Notes: a model not told the origin generated them from the letters alone. A stretch of DNA of 63,047 nucleotides, filler included, from Collodictyon triciliatum (GCA_043381765.1; 7 parts of 7 records of this genome joined end to end with filler, not necessarily neighbours in it); one strand, 5' to 3'; counted from the first letter of the whole stretch, positions 17,117 to 30,581 are shown. Made by a program: numbers and translations.

Positions 17117-17530
17117 GTCTTCCGAGCTTCTGCTGGGTGGCACGTTCTTGCCTCTCGTCCTTTCCTTTTCTTTGTCGGCCTTAGCATCTTTGTTGTTTGT
17201 TGTCCGTCGCTTGTTGTTCGTGCAGCTGTCTGGGCGGCCTGCGAGGGAGAGGAGGAAAACGAAGGGGTGATAAAGCATGATAATCGGAAATGCAGTGCGA
17301 GTGCGTTTTCATTCCATCCCCGTGTTATTATCATTCAGATGCAATCATATTGATGGACCCTCTTTGTTTGATATCATGTGTATCTCTGTCTACTTTTTTT
17401 CGCACACTTGGCTTATGTGCTTCTTTTTGTATCTTGATTTTCCTGCAGTGATACAGATTTCTCACATATATTAAATTTTTTCCCTTTATTTATTTAATGC
17501 TGGTGTGTACGGGGTTTGGCTGTTGCGTCA

Positions 17531-19035
17531 TTATTGTTTCTATATTGGTGGGTAATAAAACAATTAGGTGATTGACAGTTCCTTAATTTTAAAAAAAATA
17601 AAAAAAGGGGTGACATGACTTTTCCTTTGATGTACAATTAGAAGAAAAGAAAGAGTCCATCCCGAACCTGAATCGGCAAGAAAAGCTTGAATTCTGGTGG
17701 TAGCTCCTCTTCAGAGTACAGACGATCAGAGAAGTAGATTCTACGGATGCGGCAATTGGCATGGATTTGGACACGCAACGTCTCGATGTAGTTTGTCCCG
17801 TACGCGCGGCGAGTGAAGTCGCTCAAGTTGAATTGGATTTGATTCCATCCTTCGTCCAAACGCATTGGCATTGTACAGATGAACGGTTTAACGCGTGTGG
17901 TGGACTGCGTTATATTTGTGAAAGTTGGTTGAGCATAGATATTGATAACAAAATAAGAAAAAGAAATAGATTTATGTATCTTGGTTAATGTGGCGAGAAA
18001 AGCGTGCACACACGCGAAAAAGATAAGATAAGATAAGCGAATAAATTGAGAGCTATCAGAGACAAATCTACTCTATGAGGGAAAAAAAAGAGGTACATAT
18101 GTATGAGTTACATGAAGAAACTTTGATAAAATATCGGTTGCTTGGGTTGCTATTCCAGAAAAGATACGAGTATGTGGCCACGATATTATTATGTATCGGA
18201 GACCTGGTAATTCGAAGCCCGGAATCGCCTGCGAACATTCTTGTCGTCCAATACTTGGATTTCAAAGGTGAAGTATTTTTTCAACTACATATATTTCAAA
18301 AACGAAAATCGATCTTAATGAAACAACAGATAATCGAGGATATGCGTCGCAATTTTGAATTATAGCTGCAGGGAGAAATAAATCAGCACAAAGAAAAATC
18401 ATGTTAGGAAATATTGAGTGCAAACTTACATTGATCAAACAAATAAGGAGAAAAAAAAAAGCAAAAATGGTTTCGAATCTTTACTATTGATAATAATAAA
18501 AAAAAAAATGACGACAAATATGAAGCTAAATGATTGTTTTGGTGAAGGAAATAGGCTCACTCACATTTTTTATAATCATCACAAGGAAGGGAAGTTTGAT
18601 TCCTAGGGTCTTCTGTGGGTCGGCTGGGCACGTGATGAAATTAGTACTGACGTTGGAACCAGCTATTTCGAGGACGCTTGACTGGATATCAGGATCCGTG
18701 ATACGCTTGATGTGTCCATTTCTCACTATAAATTATCATGCGAATCAGAGGTATCTTCAGAGATGTTATGGCCGAATTTTGCCCGCGGCTCGATCGATTA
18801 GTTATATAGGTATATGGCTACAGCAATATTATGACATGAGGTATTCATTTGATATTTACCAAATTTATTGAGTGAGATGAGTTTATGTAAGTTGTCTTGG
18901 AAAAAAAAACTCTGAAGTGCTCAAGTTCAGGTGAATTAATAAAAAAAAAAAAAAACAAAAAAAAAAGCGTGTGGGGGTGGGACGGTTGATAAAAAAAATT
19001 CACCTTGTTTGTCCCATATCTGTAGAGGTTTGCTC
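17531..19035 (-). CDS. CFAP20: Cilia- and flagella-associated protein 20 (BUG22); first exon probably falls in the N gap 19213-19440
   Basis: Exons read [11 protein letters not shown] / [11 protein letters not shown]...[11 protein letters not shown] / [27 protein letters not shown] / STTRVKPF...EFKLFLPIQ / KQ*. This is near-identical to known CFAP20. Confidence 0.98.
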
Positions 19036-19212
19036 CTGCATAACGTAGATAAGTTGAGTGAGAAAGAAATAAGAAAAGTGTGCAAGTTAAGTCTTCGAAC
19101 AAAAATTCAAACAAACAAGTCAGAGATCTAATCTAGACAAAAAAAAAAACACAAGCATATTGCAGACAAATTCGACGATGGTATATATTTATTCGGCATA
19201 GCATAGCCATTG

Positions 19213-19440
19213 NNNNNNNNNNNNNNNNNNNNNNNNNNNNNNNNNNNNNNNNNNNNNNNNNNNNNNNNNNNNNNNNNNNNNNNNNNNNNNNNNNNNNNNN
19301 NNNNNNNNNNNNNNNNNNNNNNNNNNNNNNNNNNNNNNNNNNNNNNNNNNNNNNNNNNNNNNNNNNNNNNNNNNNNNNNNNNNNNNNNNNNNNNNNNNNN
19401 NNNNNNNNNNNNNNNNNNNNNNNNNNNNNNNNNNNNNNNN
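19213..19440. other. Scaffold gap
   Basis: N run without linker motif. Confidence 0.95.
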
Positions 19441-20363
19441 AAAAAAAAAGGGTGTTATTTTCGGATGGATTTTGTCATCTAGAGTATATACAAGGAAGAG
19501 AAAAAAAATGGCGTGTATGGCTGAAGGCTTTCTGAAAATTGAGGAAGAGGGAAAATATTGTAGTGACTTTGCGGTGTGATCAAAAACACAAGACTGAAGT
19601 AGACAGCCAACTGAGGAAGGAGCAGCACTATATTTGCAGGTTGCACAAAAGGCGTGGACCATTTGCGAACAAGCCCGTAAAGCGCTTGAAAGAGCTGCAG
19701 ACTGAACTAAAAAAAACCCTCTGATATTTCACCAAAGTAATTGACAAAAAAAAAAAAAAACTTTCTACTAGGCTGGTCTCTGCTTTGCGGGTTGAAATGA
19801 TTGTGTGTTGGAGTGGCCCTGGGAGTAAAGTGCAGAAGATCAATCATTGTGATGTGATCATAAGCAGATTAATCAAAAAAAAAGTTTGGGAGACAAAAAC
19901 AATCAATGAAAATATCGTTATTCCATTTTTTATCAATAGAACTTCATCTTTCATAGAAGATATTTGTCTCCAAATCTAACGCCATTTACGTAAAATATAT
20001 GTGGAAATTACGACCAATAATAGCTTTTTGATTCAGTTTCATTTCTTTCGCTTCGACGCCGGATGTTTGGGAAACGTCCACACACACCGAAACAGTGTCG
20101 TGAGGGAAACTTCAAAGCAGGCAACAGAGGCCAGGAATCGTGGTCATGCTACTGAGCTAGCACGAGCCTCGAGTCTCGGCTGATTAGGAAACGAGAGCCA
20201 TCAAAGAGAGCACTCTCATGCCTCGAGCTTAAACTGATTTTTGTTTTATTTTTGTTTTTTATTTTGTTTTTTATTTTTGTTTTTTATTTTTGTTTTTTAT
20301 TTTTGTTTTTTATTTTTGTTTTTTATTTTTGTTTTTTATTTTTGTTTTTTATTTTTGTTTTTT

Positions 20364-20463
20364 NNNNNNNNNNNNNNNNNNNNNNNNNNNNNNNNNNNNN
20401 NNNNNNNTTAATTAATTAANNNNNNNNNNNNNNNNNNNNNNNNNNNNNNNNNNNNNNNNNNNN
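20364..20463. other. Artificial contig linker
   Basis: Same 100-nt linker. Confidence 0.99.
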
Positions 20464-20584
<121 letters not shown>

Positions 20585-20597
20585 TGTTGCCCGCCAG

Positions 20598-20840
20598 GCC
20601 GCCTGCACCATCGTCCCTGCCATCATCTACGATGCATACCCTTCCTGGCCCCCAAAGTCTGCCTGGCCTTCCTCCACCTGGGCCACTGGCGCCCCTGTCC
20701 GCCTTATCTTTGGCGACCCTGTGGAATCTAGCCTCGGCAACTCGCAGAAATCCATCGAGGAGCTCTCTGATGCAGTCCGCGCAAGCATGCTGGCCTCCAT
20801 CCGGAAAGTCGAGCTGGAGTGTGCGGCTGAGCTCCATTAA
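20598..20840 (+). CDS. Last exon of a PlsC/LPAAT-type acyltransferase
   Basis: After a CAG acceptor the frame reads AACTIVPAIIYDAYPSWPPKS...PVRLIFGDPV...SIEELSDAVRASML...LH*, the typical C-terminal IVP / FG.P / EEL...VR pattern. This frame is not in the ORF track. Confidence 0.7.
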   Translation, partial: AACTIVPAIIYDAYPSWPPKSAWPSSTWATGAPVRLIFGDPVESSLGNSQKSIEELSDAVRASMLASIRKVELECAAELH

Positions 20841-21138
20841 ACCCTGTGCCAACCGGTGGTAGACAATAACTTTAAATAAACAAAGAGGGGGTTTTTTTTC
20901 TGTCAGACGCACCCTGGATATCCCTTATCTGTTTTAAAGGGTATTTTATTTTATTTTATTCTTTTTCTTAAAAAAAAAAAAGAAAAGGAAAAGGAAAAGA
21001 AAAGTAACAAGCAGTGCAGCAGTAACCATCCTTTGTGCATCTCTGCATTGATTAGCTCCCGGTCCATATAGTCCATGAATTCGAGCATGCAAAAGCTCTA
21101 GTATCTCAAGGAGGGCTCGAAACTGTGTAATAATCGAG

Positions 21139-22198
21139 CTAGGCCGCAAGATCGTCATACAAGGCCAGTTTCTGGAGGGCTTGTGCGACAGTCATTTCTG
21201 CAAGTTCCTCTTCCTGGTTCCTCCAGCATGGCAGAAGGCTTATTCCGCGCGGGGCTCTTGTGACAGTCATGCGTTTCTTGTCACAATGGAGGAACAGGAC
21301 TCGCAGTTCCGTCAATAAAGTCAGCCATGGCGGAAGTTCAACTACCTACTCAACAGGTCATGTCGATAAAAGAAAAAGAAAAAGAAAAAGAAAAAGAAAA
21401 AGAAAAAGAAAAAGAAAAAGATGGAGCGAGACCGAGGAAGTAAAAGAAAGAATAAGACATACGTACCGGATTGTTTTCTATGGATAGATACGATATTCTT
21501 GTCAGGCTAGACAGCTCCTCGGGCAGCGAGGTAAAGCGATTCCCTCCAAGGAGGACACACCTCAGAGAAGTCAAGCCAGAAAGTCCTCTCGGGAGCGACG
21601 ACAGCATATTATCAAAGAGGCAGAGCATGGAGACCCTGGCCAGGGACGAAATCGCGTCTGGAAGGGAAGTCAGCTGGTTTTCAGAGAGCCAAAGGTCCTT
21701 GAGGGCGGTCCAGCAGGCAATCTCCTGGGGCAGACAAGACAGAGCATTGCCAGCAAAGTTTGCCTTGCGCAGAGAGCCGAGGGCCGAGACCTGGCTGGGG
21801 AGCGAGGAAAGCCTGTTGCGCGGCGCCTGGAGGCTGCCAAGGCCTGTCAGCAGAGACAGCTGGGCAGGCAGGGCCGAGACGAGGTTGCCGGTGATGTCGA
21901 GGACGCACAGCCCTGGGATGCAGGCAATCTCTGGCGGGAGGGAAGATAGGCGGTTCCTGGCCATGTGGAGCGACTGCAGGGAGGCCATCTTGGATATCTG
22001 CGGCGGCAGCAGCGGAATCCCGTTGCCGTAGATGCTCAGCACCTGCAGGGACGGAAGCTCGCAGAGGCCCAGAGGGAATGTCCGGAGGTCCTTGTTGTTC
22101 AAGTGAAGGCCCGTGCAGCCCTCGAGAGGCTCTGTCGCGGGCCAAAAGGACGGAAGCAGCGCCCGAAGGGCTTCGAGGTGCTGGTTGCCTCCGGACAT
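21139..22198 (-). CDS. LRR-only cytoplasmic protein (SHOC2/RSU1-like repeats), 2 exons
   Basis: Exon 1 (22198-21467) has about 9 LxxLxLxxNxLxxLP repeats. Exon 2 (21345-21139) reads VVELPPWLTLLTELRVLFL...LAA*. Confidence 0.85.
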
Positions 22199-22422
22199 GG
22201 GACAGTCTATTTTTCTCTTTTACTCATTTCTTTCTCTTTCTTTTTTTCTTTTTTTTCTTTTCTTTTTTCTTTCTTTTTCTTCTTTTTTTTCTTGAAAGTT
22301 TACAGTGAATGTTTGTGGGCTGCAACAGTTTTTCTCTCTTTTTCTTTTTACCGACCCTTTTCCATTCAAGAGCAGAGGTCACGTACTGCTTCACCTTCGT
22401 GATCCGCTGCGTCTGCTCCGAT

Positions 22423-22856
22423 ATGCCTCATGGCCTTTCCCACGATTCAGTTCTTTTAGAAGTGTTGAGCTATGGACGGGTTTTTTCTTTCTTTCTGGAT
22501 GACGATGAAGCCTCAGCAAGGTAAGTGGTATTATAGTTTTTCATCTCTAGAATGGTTGCGCAAATGATTGGGATTAATGAGTCCCATCGAATACACTGAC
22601 TTTTACTAAACTTGAAATCAATGTATCCATGCTTGAGAGCCTCGTGCAATACTGCTTCCTGAACAGCCTGCTGAAACACGCCCGCATTCTTCGCTACTCT
22701 GACCGCAAGCAAAGAGAGATGTGGGAACGTGTCGTGCGATATCTCCCACAGCATATCCAACCCTTGCTACCCACGCAGCCAATCAACCAGTTGGGTCGCC
22801 CACCTGACCAACTCGTTATCACTGATTTCTTTCCAGTGCCAGCCTCTCCACAGTAA
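22423..22856 (+). CDS. Small hypothetical protein, 2 exons, divergent from the LRR gene
   Basis: MPHGLSHDSV...DDDEASA, an AAG|GTAAGT donor at 22521, then an in-phase exon 22640-22856 (LVQYCFLNSLLKHARIL...SPQ*). An alternative start exists at 22309. Confidence 0.5.
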
Positions 22857-22995
22857 TGTCTTCCCCTACTCGCGTTTGCTCTCTCCCATGCGCTCCCATC
22901 CCGCCACTTTGTATGGCATAACCTCGCTACACTCACAATCGAATAATGGGAAGAGAAAAAAAAACTTTTACTAAACTCACTTTCAAACAAAAAAA

Positions 22996-23110
22996 GAAAA
23001 GAGAAAAGAAGAGAAAAGAAGAGAAAAGAAGAGAAAAGAAGAGAAAAGAAGAGAAAAGAAGAGAAAAGAAGAGAAAAGAAGAGAAAAGAAGAGAAAAGAA
23101 GAGAAAAGAA
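22996..23110. repeat. (GAGAAAAGAA)n decamer
   Basis: Direct reading. Confidence 0.93.
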
Positions 23111-23557
23111 TGTCATCATTAATATATAAATGATGACGAAGAAGAGTTGCATTAAGCTGCCCAAAAGATCTTTTAGAATTCCACGCCCATTATACTACAG
23201 AGGGAAAACATATGCAATTTAAGACCTGTCTGTGGCGAAACTAACTTCTTCCTCCGTTTGAAACTAAATCTTCATCCTGCGTTTCAGAGCCCAAAAAGCA
23301 CTTTTATGGTTGAAGAACTCAGAGCACAAAATGTGAAGAACACAGAAACAATATTAAAAAAAGCAAACAAAAGCATAAAAATAAAAATAAAACACCATAT
23401 ACCATCATATATATATATTAAATTGAGTTATGAAAGAAATCGAATGATATAACAAAGACGAAAAAAATCATGATAAATCTTGATGAAGCTATCGCTTGGT
23501 AAAGCATTATTTTATCTAATTCGTTTTATAAAGCGGTGTACGATATTAAGAGGCATG

Positions 23558-23877
23558 CTATAAACTCTCGCTTTGAATTTTCCTCATCTCCGAACCATCC
23601 GTTCCTGTGTTCTTTGGTGCTCCGTGATTTCGGTTGGGTCTCAGAATTCCAATATAAATGGCGCCAAGTATCCAAATTATGTTCAAGCCGATAAGACAGA
23701 ATGTTGACCACAATTGGTACCCAACCATGTTGGACAGTAAGGAAAGGAAAAAGGATATAAATATCACATAGAGGCTGGATAATTCAAGAGCATTATCCAA
23801 GGCGGCCTCATACGGGGAGTATTGCTTTTGGACATAAATGGATGTCTAAAGTATTTTTTTGGGTTTCCTCAAAGTCA

Positions 23878-23960
<83 letters not shown>

Positions 23961-26900
23961 GGGTCAAATTTGAAGGTAAGGTAGAAATGATAAATATGAG
24001 AAACTGGCCTGAATAATGACGACCAGTAAGAAAAAGTATATCGATGGATGGGTGTAGGGAACCACATTTGTTGCAAATGAAAAAGCCAAACGCCTTGCCA
24101 TGATGACAAATTCCCAGAATTTTTTACCCTGGCAGCCATGATGACGAGGATGTAAATGTTGGATTTCATTAAGTTGATAAATTTGTAATTTTTTTTAAAA
24201 GGAAGAATGAATGAACGAGATGCTATATAGTTGATACAGATACCAATAGCTAAGGCGGATGCGAATAATTTTTAAAAAATAAAATAGATATTATATATGA
24301 GCTCTGACAAATAATTTATCAACTCTCATCAATACCTCTTTATATTGTAATATCATGAATCCATAGCGACTTTCATACTCTTCTTCGACCCTAAATCCTC
24401 GAAGGGTATACAACATATAAAGGGGAAATCCGAGCAAAAATATAAAAAAAACAGGGACTGATATTGCAAGACCCTTTTCGTATTCGGTAGTTGCAGGGCT
24501 ACACTGCAACCAAGGATTGTAATTCAGATACCAACCATTTTCTCCTTCATCAAATACGGTGCAACCAAAAACCCCGAAAACATCCTTTGCAATTGAATAG
24601 TAAATGAGGAAGAGTAGATTCAGTGTAATATATATAGCCTAGAAAAATAAATGTTAGTTTATAATTGAGTTTAAAGATATGAAAAAAAAAAAGCCAACAA
24701 TTTCTATATTTCGACCTTGTTTTTAACATGAGGAGAACCAAAATAGTATGCCACGAATCCAAAAAGCACAAAAATCGGAATTCTAAAGTAACTCGATAAC
24801 AAAGAGCTGAATAAATGAGTAGAACCCTGAACACAAGATGTTGTGGGTAATTGTATTGAGCCAACTGAGAATGATATGTCGATGAACTGATCAGTGTCAT
24901 CTGCTTTTACAAATCCGGAGGAGAGAATAGAAAGGGTCTGCAGGTGAAACAGCACAACCTTTATAACAGCTATAAAAATTTATTGTTGAATAATGAATAG
25001 CAATAGCAATAATTAAGATATGTGTTATGAAAAGTGAATCACCACCTGAGGACTTTCCATTTGAAAGGTAAAGGTAAACAAGATATCCTAGAAACATGAG
25101 AGGTACAAACACCATAGTAACATACACAGTTACATCTTGACACCTGATACACGATAATCCTTGTTTACCATATCCTTCCATACATTTAGAACATGCATGA
25201 CCTTCATACCCCTCCTGGCATAGTTCTCCGATAATGGGATAAGTTATTGAGCTTTTATTTTTTTCTGGTAATCGAATTTTACAAGAGTCTGGACTAGGGC
25301 AAACAATAATTGCTTTTGGATGAAAAACGTTTGGGGATGCATGACATCCATTCAAGGTAATTCCGTCCAGACATTCACAGTTTTGGGGGCACTGGATACA
25401 CTTATCACCAAATCCAAAGTAATTTGGAAGACATTTGCATAGGGCATAATCATAATATGACGGATTTACTTCAACTCTCAACTCGACTAGTCCAGAATTT
25501 GATATTATAGAAGGGCAAATGTAAAGCTTGGAAGAGTCTTGTAAACTGAACGAAGATGTAACATTCATGAAGCCCGGTAAGTAAGCTGCGTTACCATGAT
25601 TCATACGAGTATCTTTCATACCTAAGTATTCGAGCCTTGTGAAATAGTCAAACGATTCAGGGATGCTACTAAAAACAGGATTTCCTGAGAAATCTAATTG
25701 CTTCCATTTCAGTAAAACAGTGACGTCCCCAACTTCGGTAATATTATTATTTTTTAGACTCAGTACTTTCACATTTCTAACGTATTCGAAAATATTCCAA
25801 TCTAGTATTCCGATAAACTGATTATTATCCAATATAAGGGTTTCAAATTTATAATTCTGTTCATTTGTACTAGGCGATACAAAGTTTCCAAGGTCATAGG
25901 CAAACAAATTATTTCCAAGGTCGACTGTAACCAAGTTTGGAAGATTCCAAATACTTATGTCTATTTTTCCAAAGAAATTGTTATTCGACAGCAGTAGCGA
26001 TTTTAATTTGATAAATTTGTTTAAGTTTTTTGGAACAGTTCCGTGCATATAATTCCTTGATAAATCGATATGCTCGATCGAAGGAATTTCAAAATCAATA
26101 GGGATCTCTCCATTAAGCCTATTTTCACTAGCATCAAGCAATTTAAGTTTTGGAAGGTTCAGAGATGGAATAGATCCAGAAATGTTATTTCTGAAAAGAA
26201 TAAACTCTTGTATGAATTTGCAATAATCGAGTGTGGGTATCTCATCCGATAACATATTTTCATAAAGACGCAATGAAGTTAAGAAAGGCGTATTCGTAAA
26301 TTGAGTAATCACTCCTATTTTAGTTGTATATATTGATATTCAGTATTTTATATCGTTTATGATAAAGAAATGAGTTCTCATCAAAACATTATTTTTAAAC
26401 TTATCCAAACCTGTCAAGAAATTCATCGATATGTCCAAGTATCTCAGCGAGGGCAGACTCAAAAAATTAGGAATGCTCCCTGGTAAATTATATGAGTATA
26501 GTAGAATTTATGATATATTTTAATAATTAATTGAAAATATTCTTACCGTTCAATTTATTTGATGATATGTCCAAATCCAAGAGCAAAGGAACATTTGAAA
26601 AATTGGGTATCTGCCCTATTATAATATGTGGGGGTTTTTAAAAATTTTTTTAAGAATAAATCAAGACCAATTAAATGATATTCAAATGCAATTATTAAGT
26701 TAATTAATTAAACCTTCTAACTGATTGTTTTCAAGATATGCGTTATTTATCATCGGGATGTGAGAAAAATCAGGTATAGTTCCTTTTTTTAAAATTAATT
26801 TTTGTTAATTTTGACCTGCATACTTTATAATTGAGAATCTGAATAAATAGTCAAATGGGGTTGTAATCTATTTTACCATTTAATTTGTTGAAGTAAAAGT

Positions 26901-28859
26901 AGAGCTCATATATTAATGGGGTTTTATCGAAATTGGGAATCGATCCTTAATTGTAGTTAATTGATAAAAAGAAGAATTGAATATAGTTCATTTGAAATTA
27001 TTTTATAAACTTTATTAGAGTATTTCCGAAGAAGAATAGCTTTTGAAACTATTACAAATAGAAAATCTGAAATGACAAAATAACCTGAGATATAATTGAT
27101 CGTAAAATATAGCCCACCAACATACGGCAAGTTCGAGAAGTTCGGGATAGTTCCTTATTAATAACAAATATATATTATTTCGACATAAAAACATCTTTAC
27201 CTTAAACATTGCTTGATAGGGAAAAATTGAATCATATGATGATAAAAACCCAAACCTTTCAATTGGTTCTCATAAACAAATACATCAGTAACTATTGGAA
27301 TGAAAGAAAAATTTGGTATTGTCCCTGCGGATGAAATGTTTAGCGAGAATTGATCAGATATACGATTTACCCAAAATTTATCTAAAATTAATATTTACCT
27401 TTAAATATTGATTGGAATAAAAGGAAAAATATATACCATTAAATTTATGGCCAGGTAAGTATAGTCTTTTCAACAAAGGGATCATTGAAAAATCAGGAAT
27501 GGTCCCTTAGTGTATTGAGTAAATAGATTTTTTTAGAAATTAAATCTGAGTAATAGAGTCCTTTAAAAGAAAATAGATTAGCATGAATCAATAAAATGCG
27601 TTAGAAAAAATCGGTATAATAAATTCATGGATATATCACCTTCTAATGAAGTTTGATAAATGTAAAGATGCTCGATATTTGGGATATTTCCAAAATCATG
27701 TATCGAACCTCGATATCATCAATAATATTTATTAAAATCATTAAAAAATTGTCATTTGGTTTACAAAAAATATAATTATGAGCTTGACTATTAGTTACCT
27801 ATGATCTTATTGCTCGCTCCTAACCAAATTGCGTTTATTAAAGGAATATTCGAAAAGTTAGGTAATGAACCATAAAATTGATTTTCATCAATAGCCATGC
27901 AGCTAATAAGATTAATGCCTCTAAAATCCGGAATAGTTCCTGACAAGTTATTGTAATAAACAGAGAAATACTCGAGATTCGGTAGATTCAAGTCTGGTAG
28001 TGTTCCAAATATCGAATTAAATTCAAAAGATAAACTGACAAGGAACGATAATTGCTCCAGGATTTCAGAAGCCATTTCAAAATCACCAGAAAGGTTATTG
28101 TCATTCAGGTAAATTGCAACAAGAGGACATTTATCTGTCTGTATAATTAATTGTAAGGAAAATCGCATATGACTCAAATGTGGTATATAAGTATGAGTAA
28201 TTGATTAGAAATATATATTTACATTAATTTCATATTCTGAGCATTCGTGATAGCATTCTACCCCAAGCCAATAGCATTTTGGGATGGAGGAATTATTCCA
28301 TCCATAGCTTTCAAACCATAAATCACCATTTAGAATGTTGTGTAGTTGCCCAAGCAACATCTTTTCGTTATCGACACTTTTAGTTGCTTTATCAGTTTCA
28401 TAGTCTTTGTTTTTCTGATTATGCCTTATAGGTGTATAGTAACCTTGATTGTACTTGAGTTCTTGATTATCTACGTTGGTGATAAAAAAATCATTCACTT
28501 TCGAATTCATTTCTTCATTATTCTCCTCACCAGAAGCACCTGTTACTCCAAAAATATGCGCGCTTTTTTCAAATGTGCTTTGGTTCAGTTGATTTTGGTG
28601 ATTTCCAAAATTCAAGCAAGACTCTCTGTAGTAATCCAAGAGTAGCTTGAATGCATCCTCTGTATTCATGGATAAAAGATCCTTCTCGTTGTAACCACAG
28701 GCACTGTCATTTATATGTTGTTTTAATTTGGTAAGACAAGTTACTATCTTGATAATTTTCAAATAAATTATGTAGCTTTCTTGAGGTTATATACCTCAGA
28801 GAAGTGCGACATTCAGAGTGCAGAGCCAATAAGAGAAACAAAGTTGTCATGAAAATCAT
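23558..28859 (-). CDS. Signal peptide + extracellular LRR array + Cys-rich region + multi-pass TM receptor-like protein
   Basis: Signal peptide MIFMTTLFLLLALHS, LRRNT cap (W...GW....CYWLGVEC), many GxIPxF LRRs, Cys-rich CKCLPNYFG / CQEGYEGHACSKCMEGY, and TM region motifs YGFMILQYKE-GKKFWEFVIMARR and PYEAALDNALE. Confidence 0.88.
23878..23959. repeat. (ATT)n in last intron of LRR receptor
   Basis: Direct reading. Confidence 0.96.
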
Positions 28860-30476
28860 TTTGAAATTACAATTTTTCTGTACCCTATTAGATTATAATT
28901 AATCAATTTTCCCTTTACTCGATTCAAAATATTATAATTAATCATATTATATTTATGGGTTATATTAAACTGATTTAACGATTATATATAACTGCATACT
29001 TTACTGTTTTAAAATTTTCGGTGGCTATGAATTATTATTATGTTCATGATTTTCATCCACCAGTAATATTCAATAATAATAATAAAAAAAAAGTAAAAAT
29101 CAAATTGTGATTAATTTGACCTTGTAACTTTTTGGGAAAGAAGTATTTTCTTTGTTTTTCCAAAAATTGAACTTGTGTATATTTGAAGTCTTTCAAATCT
29201 GTTAAATAGACAATCAAAATTGTTTTCTTTTCATCGTTTGATAAGTGTATATGAAGCAATTATTTCCGAAATAAGTTCCACATTTGAAAAATTAACCTCT
29301 GTAAGCATTTAGCATAAAAGTGAACACATTCGTCACACTAAAGAATACATTCATTATTTATCTCTAAATCTCACCGTAAACTGAAAAGTCGATCTCGAAT
29401 ATACGGTACCTACCATTTTTGATTTATTTATTACGCATCAAAATCAAGTATATTTCCCAAATATTGTAATAGTGTAACTATAAAAGTAAGAGCAAAAGAT
29501 TATTCTTTATTACTCCATGAGTTATCAGTCCACATGCTGTTGATGAGTGGACGAAGGATTCTGTGTGTCACATGTAAAAAAAAAAAAAAATTCATATTTA
29601 GATGCACAACTTTCCTAACAATTTAATTTGCATCGAATATAGGAAAAAAAATCTCCTTTCAGTTTATTTAAGTCACCATATTCAAGCATACCAGAAAATC
29701 TCAAGATATCATTCTATAATAGGAATTGAAACTTAGTAGGTATGGTGTAAATAGGGGTTCATAAATATAAATGCTAATCGATCGATGTCAAGACCCTTCA
29801 TATTGAAAAAATTGAAAGTATTGATTAAAAAACATCTTGTTAGGATATTGCCCATTTTTCTATCGACATATTACTTTGTAGCTTCTCCAAATTTCTCTCA
29901 ATTTGTTGACTAAATGTGTAAAAGTGAATTAAATAAAGAAAAAGTTTCTTGGATGAATGTCACGGTATGGAATACATCTCATCCAATACCATAATATACA
30001 ACATATCAATTATGAAATAAAAATGACAAACTAGGAGAGATCAATAACAGTTTTCGTTCACCTTGGTTTTTACAGTCATCAACATCGACAACAAGTGGTC
30101 GAGCTTCGCTCTTGAACCAACTACGAGAACAAAAATAGCTTACAAAATAGAAAGAGAGACTTCTTTTTTTCTTGTCTTGAGCAAGGCCAACAGATTGAAG
30201 ATATTCAAGCCAAAAATGATCTGAAGATGTGTTTTTGCTTTGCTTTGTTTTTTTTTTTTTAAAGAAAATATAATGAAAATGATGAAATAATACTGATTCA
30301 CAAATACCTGAATAACAAGATACTGAGAATCACGAGAATGTTGGTCATTCTGTCTCCGATGACAAAGGAAAACAATACAAAGGAAAGCATTCAACTTGTC
30401 GCTATCTGATATTTAGTTTAAGCTATTGAAGAATACCCCAACCCCTATCAATGATCGGGTTCTTTTTTAGACTGTC

Positions 30477-30537
<61 letters not shown>

Positions 30538-30581
30538 GTGCTGTCTAGTTGCTGAGAATTTGCTTTGCTTCATCTCACTTC

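Noticed and set aside
20140-20170. Minus-strand GCTCGTGCTAGCTCAGTAGCATGAC resembling a tRNA 5' half/A-box
   Set aside because: Lacks the D-loop GG and an anticodon arm, does not pair with CAAACGC, and reads equally well as a short terminal exon (PRLEARASSVA*).
28860-30581. Long AT-rich gene-free stretch as a mobile element
   Set aside because: No terminal repeats, target-site duplication or transposase/RT motifs seen.
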